Under the pieces are notes generated by a model. It made no database searches, was not told where the DNA came from, and saw only the letters and a list, made by a program, of their open reading frames with translations. From positions 1 through 64,000 of the forward strand of contig MU053431.1 of assembly GCA_013239625.1 (NCBI GenBank): a DNA stretch of 64,000 nucleotides, given 5' to 3'. The translations under genes and the position numbers were made by a program. How positions within the stretch are numbered: position 1 is the stretch's first letter; each line of letters starts with the position of its first letter. Source of the DNA: Lama guanicoe (lineage: Eukaryota). This document shows positions 49,608 to 60,329 of this stretch, in pieces.

Positions 49608-52068
49608 TTCACCCTTTTAAAATTATACCTTCGCAACACCTACTATGTGCCAGTGTTTCTGGGCATACAGCAGGGACCAAGGCAGAGAGGGACCCTGGCA
49701 TAGTGGAGCCTGGAGGCTAATGGGGTGGCAGATGCTTGGATCTTACAATCTGCAGGGAGAAACAGCTAGTTTTAACTGACATAGTGATAGTTAATGGAAA
49801 AACTGCTTAATCTAATTCAAAGCTATACTTATTACAACACTTATTAAACAAATGGAAAATAAATATTAAAATAGTTATGAAGTAAGTGAGAAATATTATG
49901 TTTAGTTATAAAATAAAGTAGAGGTTTTCAAATATCTCTGAGCTTTTTGCAACCAAAATTATACGAGGAGGCAAAAACCATGAGTACAGAAAATAAAAAT
50001 AGCTTTTCTGTTTGAAATGGAAATGGGGATATTGGGGAAGCCCCTCCAGCAGAGCCAGTGTTGAGGGCTCAATGGAACACAGCTGGAAAGGCGTGAACGC
50101 AGAATGAGGGTTTCCCTGCCCCAGGACCTACATGCCCGCATTGCCGTTTGTCATGATTTAGTCTCACACGAAAACTTCTCTCCAGGTTTTGACAGCATGC
50201 CGCTTCCTTAATCAGGGTGGATCCCTTTCTTGTATTCAGACTGTCCCTGGCTCACCCCCAGCTTAAAGACTTCACCTGACTTAAGCCTCAGCTTCAGTAA
50301 TCTGTCCTGTTACTTTGGGGTTTTTTTGCAGCCTTTTGGTTAAGCAGCCCTCCCCCAATCCTGCCGCCGCAGACTTCAGTTCCCTTGGGGACCACTTTCT
50401 AGCAAAAGAAAAGAAAGAAGGAATATAAAGCTATGTAATGGTTAACAATGCCACGGGAATGAGAAAACCTCGTGACTATTCGAATTGTCCCCTTCAGCCT
50501 GAAGGGGGCGATCATCCACTCTTTCTTGTGCTATATTTTTCATTCTGTTCAGTATTACATATAATAAAATCTTATAGCATTTGGAAACTAGAGCATAAAG
50601 AATAAACAACCACAATCCGCCATCTTAATGACAGTACTATTATTTTGCTGTAATTCCTTCCAGTATTTTCCCCAGTGTTTATTATTTATTAGATATTTGT
50701 AATCATACTCAGTAAAATTTTGATTCATGATTTTTAACTGAACATATCTTAAGATTTTTATTTGCAGGTAGCTGAATTTTCAGAAAGATGTTTTAATGGC
50801 CACTAACCGCTGAGTCTTTGGGATCAAATTACATAAATATCCTCTGACATGTGCATTGCTTCCACCCGTTTGCAAACGAGCTCAGTGGAGAATACCCTTC
50901 CTCTTCTACTTAAAGCAACATCCATGACAGACTTCCGCATCTGACTGCAGGGCCCGACCATACAGAGGTTCATACTAGCTTCTCATGTGTGTTGACCGAT
51001 ACTTTCCAATTTATTATTATTAATTGTTACTGTCCCTACTTGCTGGTTACCAGCTACTTCAGAAAGATACAAGAATGCTAATTTCATTACACTGTTGCCA
51101 ATCCTGGGTACTTTCACTAACTAGGTTTTAATGCTAGTTTAACAGGCAAAAGGGACCTGCGGCCTATTTTAACTTCCATTCCTTTGTGTAACAGTCAGGT
51201 GGAACACTCCACTCCCCTGGAGAGGGCAGAAGTACCACGTCTCCAAGGAGACCCCGGTGGCAGCTGCTTTCTTCCCCAGCTCCTGCGTGAAGTCATCCCC
51301 AACCTCCCCATTGGAGCAGACGTCCCAACTGTTAATCGCCCCAGCATCATGCACGTGCCTTTGTCATGACATGTTTGCTCCACACTCTGCTTCATCATAA
51401 GGCTGTCTATACCCTCTCTCTGTCCTTTCCAGGTACCAGTTCTGGGGAGGCAGAAGGGGATGGAGAAGGTGTCTCTAAATCCCTCACACTGTCCGGCACA
51501 CTGTGCGTGCAACAGAGGCCCAATTGAACTTTGTAACTAAACTAAAAGTGACTAAACTAAAATTATGAATTGAGAAAGTAATTCCATCATGAAACCTCAA
51601 CATTTGGAAGCTCATGAGTAGAACCAAGAACTAAAAAGTTGAAGAATCAGTTCTAGTTTTTTTTGTCCCTGAATCATGTGTGTTCATCTGAAAACAGGCA
51701 AAAGCCCTGTGTTGGGGGGTCAAACCCAGGAGCCCCCTCAGCAGGCTCACAGGAAGGAGGCATCGCTGAGGCTAGCGAAGTTGCTGGAAAGAGCTGTGAT
51801 TCTCAGGGATGCTGTACTGTGTTCATCCCATTCACTGATTCATTCACTGGATAGGTGCTTGTTAGGAATCTGCCATGTGCCAAGCTTTGCATGGCACCTG
51901 AGAATGAGCATAAATGGTGGTCAGGAACAACCAGATACGGGTGTTTGTTGTCTGAACTTCGTGGTGGCAGTCAAGCTCCATGAGAAGGCAGTCAGCTGAC
52001 CAGGGCTTCCAGGCTAGGAAGCCCCTAGCAGTACTTGGCATCACTGGCAACTTCTCAGTCCTCTAATG

Positions 52069-52231
52069 CGGTGGTTCTCACACTTCAGCAAGAATCAGCA
52101 TCACATTACTGGGCCCATTCCCGGAGTTTCTGATTCTGCTGGTCCAGGGTGAGGGCAGAGAATCTGCATTTCTAACAAGTTCCCAGGTAAAGCTGATGCT
52201 TCTGGTCTGGGGACCACACTCAGAACTGCTG
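52069..52231 (-). mobile_element. MER5A hAT-Charlie fossil
   Basis: gtggttctcacactt...gagtttctgattc...gaatctgcatttctaacaagttcccaggt...gctgatgct...ggggaccacactcagaactgctg. Confidence 0.92.
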
Positions 52232-52244
52232 CTTCTGCCTTTAG

Positions 52245-52470
52245 AAAATGTACTGTGTGCCAGGGGTTCTGCTAACCACTTAACTTGCATTATTTTGATC
52301 CTCAGAGCAACCTTACACAGGGGCTATGATAGCTCAATTTCTGAGAGGAGGCATCTAAGGGTAAAAGGAGTTAAAACCTCTTTAAGCTGATGTGGCTGCT
52401 GAGTGGCAGAGCTGGGTCTGAGCTCACATGTCTCTGGCACTAGAGCTGAGCTCTGGATACCTCTGCCTTC
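52245..52470 (-). mobile_element. MIR SINE
   Basis: tactgtgtgccagggg...tgcattattttgatcctcagagcaacc...gagtggcagagctggg. Confidence 0.8.
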
Positions 52471-52519
52471 TTGGTTCATCCAGTGAGCCTCATCAGGAAC
52501 CCCTGTCCCCGATAATTAC

Positions 52520-54860
52520 TGAACCCAAGTCGACCTTCAAATAACCCTGCACCTCTCCACCTTACAGAGGCGTGCCGGCTCCTCCCTCACGCCTGTGCCA
52601 CCGCCATCACTCATTGCACCTCTCCCAGTGCCACGATCACTCAGGACGCTGTTCACATTATTGCTTTGAACAGTCGTCTTTTACAGAGCAATGCAATGAG
52701 AAAAGTAGGAGATTTTACTCTCCTAACTGATTCCCTCGATGTTCTTCCTTTCTATACATGGATCCATGTTTCTAAACTCTTCCATCTTCCTTCTGCCTGA
52801 GTAACTTTTAATGTCACTTGCGAGGCTGGTCTATTGGTGATGGATTCTCTCAGTTTTTGTCTGAGACATTTCTCCTTTATTTCTGAAGGGCAATTTTTCT
52901 GGATTTTTTTTTAACACTAGATACTTCATTTCATTCTCTTGCCAGCATGGTTTCTGATGAGAAATCCACTGTGACTCTTACTCCTGCTCCTTTATATGTA
53001 ACGGTTATTTTTTGTTTGCTTTTTCTCCTCTTTCTTGCTCTGTCTTGTTTCAAGATTTTCTCTTTGTCTTTGGTTTTCTGTAGTTTGAATATGATATGGC
53101 TAGGTGTGGAGGGGGTTTGGCATTTATCAATGCTTTAGATCTTGGTTTGGTGTTTGTCATTAATTTTGGACAGTTCTTAGTCATTATTACTTTAAATACT
53201 TCTGCTGTGTTCTCTCTTCTCCTAGTATTCTAATAATACATATGTCAAAACTTTTACGTCGTCCCACAGTTCTTAGACATTCTGTTCTGTTCATTCTTTC
53301 CTTCTGGCGTTTCAGTTTGTGAAGCTTCTACTGACGTATCCTCAGTTGAGCCCCCTGTTCGTTCCTCAGCTCTAGCCAACAAAAGCATTAACCATTTCTT
53401 TCAGATTTTCCCCCCCTAGTATTTTCTTTTGATCCTTTCTTAGTGTTTCCACCTCTGCTTATATTACGCATTTATTCTTGCATAGCATTTACCTTTTCTA
53501 TTAGAGACCTTAATGTATTAGCCAGAGTTGTTTTAAATTCCTGGTCTGATAATTTGGGGTAACAGCAACTAGGAGCAGGAAGCGAGGTAAACAGGCTCTC
53601 GGGTGAGGAACCGTCTGGTCAGGGTCAGGCTGTGCTTCATGTCTGCAGTAGCTGTCGGTCTTGTTTTTGTCTGCTCTCTCGACTGAGTTTCCCCGAACCG
53701 CCCTCCTCAAGGACAGCCTGTGCGCTGGGGCCCTGCGAGCCCGGGGTGGGGGGGGGGTTTGGCGGGAGTGCCACAGCCTGCGGGCTAAGCCTCAGCCTCT
53801 CGTGCGCCTGCGCGGCTGGCCTGCGCCCCTCCCGAGCAGCGCTTGTCCGGTATTGTCTTCTCTGGCTGCAGCATTCCCAACCTCCTTCTGGAAGCCTCCC
53901 CCATGACTGTTTTTCTCTATTCAGTGACACCGGAAGGCGGAAGGGCTCATCCCAGTGGGGTGAGTCTTGGCAGTCCTTCCCCTGGAGAACGGGCCTTTGT
54001 TATGGCCCTAGGGTATGTCCCAGGATGACTTCTCCCCTCCCTCTGCCAGAAGCAGGAGGGGCTCTTTCTAGGACTCACACCATGAGAACCTGGCGGGCAG
54101 CGTTTCTGGAAATAAAGTTTACCAAGGCGTGGGGTCCACCAAAGACTACGGTCCGGGAGCTTCTCACTTCCAAGCTACTACACGTTGAGCTGACAGCAGT
54201 GTGCCACCGTTACTGTCGGGGTGCGTCTCCTGGTGAGAAGAGCTCAGCTACATCTCTCCAGGTTCATCCGCCTCTCCAGACTTCAGGCTGGCGGTGTGGG
54301 AGAGGGGAAAGTCTTCCTCGACCTTCTTAGGGTCCCCTTCAGAGCCTGAACATCAAGCCAACGAAGGCAGATGCACAGGAGAGAAGCATACACTGTATGT
54401 AATGCACCTTTATGTGACACAGGAGCCTTCGTGAGGAGAGGAAGACTCTAAGAAAGAGTCAGACAATGAACCTCCACGCTGGGTGTTATGGATGGGGACA
54501 GCTGTGAGGACTATGACGGGCCCAGGGGTACGAGGTGGGGTGCTCCCTTCCTCGGGCATCGGGAGGTGCCGCTCACAGGAGGGCTTTGTGACCTGTTCCG
54601 GGGGGAGGGCGAGGGAGAGAGGAGGTCAGAATGATCTTCCTGTCTCTGAGTTTCTTCAAATTCCTTTAGCGTTAAATATTCAACATGCCAAGGCACCGTA
54701 TTTTGGGGCAGTGTGTCCTGAGTCCCATCACTGGTCTACCCTGGGAACTCAGTTCTCCAACGGGTCCAAGAGAAGTCAGTGATTTTCAGTTTGTCCAGCT
54801 TTTTCTTGCTAGAAGGACTGAAGAGATGACTTCCAAATCCTTTATACATAAAACTTTGAA
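52520..54860 (-). mobile_element. L1MC/MD 5' UTR and ORF1 region, interrupted by an ERV1 LTR
   Basis: catggtttctgatgagaaatccactgt...ttcaagattttctctttgtctttggttttctgtagtttgaatatgatatg, and the end gattttcagtttgtccagctttttcttg...gatgacttccaa. Confidence 0.85.
54295..54730 (-). mobile_element. ERV1 solo LTR (MER34/MER39-like)
   Basis: Right end aaatattcaacatgccaaggcaccgtattttggggcagtgtgtcctgagtcccatca is the reverse of the MER34-type start TGATGGG...CCCCAAAATA.GG..CCTTGGCAT.TTGAATATTT. Confidence 0.8.
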
Positions 54861-56529
54861 ATGAGAAGTCTCTTCTTTATAATTGAAGGGCAAATTCCCA
54901 CTTTCATGAACATCTCAAAACATATCACCCATTACCTCCTTCAGATGATAATTCCATGTGCTGAAAGAAATGCAGTTTTTAGCCTTTTCCAAGCACCTGG
55001 AGAGTCCCGGTTCTCTCCCAGGAAACTGCATCCCTTCTCCGTTACTTGCATAGCGAGTGAGAGATGGAATTAATTCATAATAGACTTAGTGGAGAGCATT
55101 AAGGGGCAAAGGTCACAGGAAGTTGGGAGAATCACTTCTCACTGAGTCATGTATTTGAAACACTGTAATTAAAAGGGCCCCAGATATTTCCACATTATTT
55201 AAATGATGTATTTCAGCCACTAGTTTCCATCTTCCCAGAGATGCTGTATTATAACACATCAATGCAAACACATTTGAAAATCGGTGTATTTTCTCAACAG
55301 ACTGAGATTAAGATCATCATCGAGAATGTCTGAAAGATCTCTTCCCACTCCTCCTCCTCCCCTAGCCCTCATGGCAACCCCATCCCTGGATCCATAACAG
55401 AGCCTCTGCAGTGAACAGTCATGCCGTCGCCAACGCCTGCAGTCCACAAATGACGTGTAAGTTGTAAGACAGTGTCCAGAGGCCCTCATCAGCCTGTTAA
55501 GGCAGAAGCATGTTTTGTTTGGTTGAGAGGAATAAAGCAATTAGAATCTGGGTGAGCTCTGTGTGTATCTGAGTTACTGTCACATCACGGGCGCTTCCTC
55601 AACGTGGGACTGTCCAACACGGAGAGCAGAACGAGGAGGGCCCTTCCTGAAAGCCTTGCTCCAGGTGAGGGTGAGGCTGCACAGCGTTTGGAAGCATCCC
55701 TTCCTTTCTCCCTGAATCACGTGGTATAAGGGAAGGGGTCTTCAACTGATTTGTTGAAACAGCTATGTGCGGTGAGAAGTCAGATACTGGATTACAGGGT
55801 ATTAAAAAAAAACCCCTGGTGTTTCAGGAAGAAGGAGGAGGCAATTCCAGGTGCTGTGGATTTAAAGAAACCCATTCAGATGGTGGCAGCAGCATTTTGT
55901 GACGCACAACTGGCCGGGAGGGATGCCCAGGAAGCAACTGTTCAGGGCTGTGGCTTCCCAGACAGGAAGAGTCTGTTTCGACTGACTGTTCTCTAGTGAA
56001 ACCCCCCACACACTTCCTCTGGTAAACCACGTGAACTGCACGGCCCTGACAAAAATCCCAAAGCTTGGCACTGGCGTTCCACCTGGGTCCCCAGGTGTGC
56101 CTGCCAGCTTAGCCTCCAGGTCGCCCCCATTTCAAAATGGCTTGTTCTGCACCAGCCAAGTGATTCTGGCAATGATCCCGGCAGGGTAGCCAGAGAAAGC
56201 CACACACATTTATCTTGGACATCTCTGATGAATGTGCTTTGTGAGGGAATAAATGATTTGAATTATTATTGAATTTTCCACTCTTTTATTCAACTGTTTA
56301 ACTGATCTATCCATTTGGATGTCACATGAAGCGCAAATTTACACGTCCAAAATAGATCGCTGGATGGTAATGCCTGCAAGCGATTTCCCCAGCATTGTCT
56401 CCATCTGCCTCCTGTTTCTCTCTGCAGTGGGCTTTCCCCAGAGTTTCAAATGAGCCTCCCTCTCATTCCCCACGTCTCACCATAAATGTCACCTGTTCAT
56501 ATTGTCTTTTCTTGACCACCTGCTACAGA

Positions 56530-56830
56530 TTGTTGTAAACAAAGGGAGAATTTGCTCTTTCTGCATGGGCTGGGAGATGGGTCTTCTCCTGCCCTTGGAC
56601 TCAGACTAGGACTTAAACCATTGGCTCCAGATTCTCAGGCTGTCAGAGTTGGACTGGGACTAACAACTGGCTTTCCCGGGTCTCTAGCTTGCAGATGGAA
56701 GATTACAGGACTTCTCAGCCTCCATAATCATGTAAGCCATTTCCTTACACTAAATCTCATTGCATACCTATAGATCTATATCTCTTGGATCTCTGTCTGT
56801 CTGTCTCCTGTTGATTCTCATCCTAATACC
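56530..56830 (+). mobile_element. MLT2 (ERVL) LTR, 3' part
   Basis: ttctcctgcccttggact...ggctttcccgggtctctagcttgcagatg...ggacttctcagcctccataatcatgtaagcca. Confidence 0.88.
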
Positions 56831-57110
56831 GTGATTCAGGTTAAATGAGGTCTTTAGGATGGGGTCCTAGCCTGCAGGATTGGTGGCTTTATAAGAAGAG
56901 GAAGAGAGAGAGCTCTCTTCTTTCTCCATGCACATAAACTGAGGAAATGCCATGTGAACACACAGGGAGAAGGAGGTTTTCAACAGAGATCTCACCAGGA
57001 ACCAACTCTGCTGGCACTCTGATCTTGGGCTTCAAAGCCTCCAGAACTGGGAGAAAATAAATTTACTTTGTTTAAGCCACCAGTCTATGGCAGCCCGAGT
57101 GGACTAACAG
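56831..57110 (+). mobile_element. MLT1A-like MaLR LTR, 3' part
   Basis: aggttaaatgaggtc...gattggtggctttataagaagaggaagagag...gatcttgggcttc...gcctccagaactgggagaaaataaatt...tttaagccac. Confidence 0.88.
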
Positions 57111-59714
57111 ACCGCCTGACCTGAAGTGCCCACTACCTTCTTCATCCTAGCACCCTGTGTCTTCCTTATGGCATCCACCACAAACTGTGGGTACTGTGTT
57201 TATGGTTTTACTGGATCAGTCCCAGGAGAGCAGGGCAGTGGCTCTTCCATGCCATGACCCTTCCCCTGCCCCTGGAGAGCAGTGCTAGGCTAAGATAGGG
57301 AGCAACAGATGCTTACAGAAAAATAATAATTTGAGGATGTCAATCCAGTTTAGATAACTTGAATGTTAATACTTCCTATATTTGCATAAGGTTGGACAAC
57401 ATTCCAAATACCCACATGACCTTAGGAGATCCTCTCAGAATCCCTTTGAAATGGTAGGCAGGACATCAGGGCATCCACAGTTATGCCTCATTTTGGGAAG
57501 AGAACGTTCAAAGCAACTGAAATTCTCAGTTTTCTGTGTGAGGAGGGAACTTTGAGAATCTGTTTCATAATTAATAGACAAAGAAAGAGAAAAACACAGA
57601 GAGAAACAGGTAAAGATACAATGAGCAAGAGAATCAAAAGGAAAGATGTGTGGAAGAAAACAAGTGAGGCAGAACATATGAAATCGAGAAGGAAACCAGC
57701 GGAGTGGCAGAGACAGGGGTGAAGAGGGAGGGTGTTTGTGGCGGCGGCGTGGGAAGTTCAGAGCCTGCTATGGGAGGGAGCAGGGGACCGGGCCTTTTAT
57801 AACAGAATGTTTGGGGAGTCAGACTAGAACATGGCCTTGACAGCAGTATCTACGGTTGTCCACTCTGCGCTGAAACAATGGTTTGGGGACTATGGCCTTA
57901 GTCACATCTTCACCTTGGACTGGATATTTTGTAAGCACTTAATGTTTGTAGAACGGTGGCTGGTGTCATGCCCCATGCCCTGACTTCATGACCACAAAGA
58001 TGAATTAAATAGCTCTTTCTCTTAGCATGAGGGCCAATTCCAGGAAAAAGATGCTCCAAATCAGATGGTCTCCTGTATCTGGGAGCTGAGACCTCTTGGG
58101 TTGGGTCTGTTCACCCAGTTGCTCACAGGAAAACAGACATCCAGAAACTGTGTGTGAGCTGCAGGGCATCCTCACATTTCCACACCCATGGCGTGTGTTT
58201 TAATCTCTCTCCATAATCAAGAAATACTTTCTATCTGGCTTCACTGGATAATGTGCCCATCACGGAACTCAAACGGGCTCCCTAAATGTTTAGTGTTCAG
58301 CAGGTGCAGGCCCACACACTCACTGCCCAGATGTATGACTTTGCTTTGTGAAAGCTTTTGCTCTTCCCTTCGCTTGACTTTCCAGGGTAATAATCTTGTA
58401 AAGTCCACACAGCCGGGAAGTAGGCTTTTTTGGGGACTTTGACGATCTGGATAATGAAACCAAGGTGGTCCTCCTGACGTTAATTAGGAGGACCAACACT
58501 TTTTATGAGATCGCCCGTGTGCATTCCCAATTCTTTTTGCTTTAAAAAGATGACAAGAACTTGGTTTCTCTTTTTTCAGGCATATTTGCAAGTTATCCAA
58601 AAAACGGAACATTTTTGAAAATTCTCTGTGCTGCCTATTCCCTGTTAGGCACGATTTGCTCAGGAAATGAGTCTGGTGATTGGCTCCTACTTGGCATCAT
58701 GTGGAGGTGGCCAACAGGAAGGAAAACAAAGCAAAATCAGACCCTCTCTGCTGACAGGGACAAAATGATGCTGCAACCCGATGGCATCAAGCCATTTAAA
58801 CTTTCTTTCCGATTTTGAAACTGGAACTTGAATTAAAAAGTGAAGCAAACTCAAGAAATCCATTAAGCCAGATTAGTATTGAACTCTAGTCAAGACCATC
58901 ACCCAAGTCATTAGCTCTGGCTGTGGGTAGAAGAAAAAGTACAATAAAGTCTGGTTTCTGCTTCTCACATCTACATTAATCTAAATTACCTGAGAAGATA
59001 AAAAAACATTCTTTAAGTGGAGTCAGACAGTGGACCTAAGGTGGAAGATACAGAAAAAGAACTATCCACCATGCTGTCTTGGCAAGACAGAGCCAAGAGC
59101 CCCGGATGTCTTTGTTCTGAGGACTGAAAGATACTTTCAGCCGAACTGAACTGTCCTTAGAAACCCACACTGGAGGTGGTGTGGCTTATGTGAGAGGACC
59201 CTTTGGAGAGGGTCACTGGGACCTTGACGATAGAGGAAAGGTGGTGACTGCTGGACTAATTAATAATAACGATTATGAAAGGTCCGGCGTGGAGAACTGA
59301 AGAAAAGAGGAAACTAATATTTAAATGCCCCACGATGTGTGATGCTTAATTCCGAAAGCAAAGTCCAAGCTGCAAGCACTAGATTCACACGAAATGAACT
59401 CAAACTGGAGTAGGACTCAGTGGGGATTTCACTTTGCCTTGGTCTCAGGTTAAGTAATTAAAATCAGCACCAGGTTCTGCCTGGAAGCCAGGACAGCTGA
59501 GCAACAGCTAATTGTTAACAGCAGCAAAATTAACAAACGATCAAAGAAAACTTTAGAATTTCTTGCACAGAATGAATATGCATGAAATTCTATTCTCTAG
59601 CCCTACAAAATGCATACAGGGTAAAATTAAGTTTAGCTAATTAAATTAAGTATGAATTAACCCATATTTTTTATTTACTAGGCTGTGTTAACATTTATCG
59701 AGGACTTATCCTAA

Positions 59715-59870
59715 GATCATAGATTGTATGAGTTGTAAGGACCCTCCCTGCTGGCTGGTCTAGACCCCCGTTAAGTGCCTCACTCTCCCTGCCTATAAGT
59801 CCACGGGCATATGGTTGTCTACTCTCTGCTTGAAAACTCCCAGACACAGGGACCTCACCACTCCTCCTCT
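59715..59870 (-). mobile_element. L3/CR1 LINE 3' fragment
   Basis: atcatagattgtatgagttgtaagggacc-like start and tggttgtctactctctgcttgaaaactcccagacacagggacctcaccac resemble the reversed CR1/L3 3' end. Confidence 0.65.
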
Positions 59871-60329
59871 ACCCCCCTGAAATGGAGGTGGGAAGTGTAT
59901 CACGTCTCATGAGTAGAACGAGAATGAGAAGTTGTCAAATTCAAGGACACTGGAAGAAGAAACACCTATGAGAGGGGACTGCAGGATGGGCACACCGCAG
60001 TGATCACACGTGGGGTGAGCCAGGCAGGCGGTGGGGACGCAGCGAAAGGCAGCACCCCGACAGCATCACTGCGGGGGCAGGGGCAGGGGCTCAGAGAGGC
60101 AGACCTCACTTTTGGGGTTTGCTTTTCTACCCAGGAGTGACTTGCTTTCTTTCATCAAAGAGGCTGAGAGCATCCCAGCGGGTAAGGAGGAGGAAAAGCA
60201 GGCCATCCCAGCGTCTGCATTGCTGAATGGTTTGAACAACTGTAGTCATCTCCTACCTTGTCTTCTCCCATCAATTCTGCCACCTCTGTCTTCAACTGTA
60301 TCCATGTAGCACCTAGGGAGTAGACATTA

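Larger units (their letters stand above)
56290..57330 (+). mobile_element. L2 remnant split by LTR insertions
   Basis: tctatccatttggatgtcac...caaatttacacgtccaaaatag on the left; cctgacc...tagcacc...ccaggagagcaggg...cagtgctaggc on the right. Confidence 0.6.

Noticed and set aside
53632..54330. 232-aa ORF, the longest in the window
   Set aside because: Lies antisense within a decayed L1 5' UTR and runs into an LTR; no domain similarity.
57483..57722. Lys/Arg-rich ORF resembling a nuclear localisation region
   Set aside because: Explained by A/G-rich low-complexity composition.
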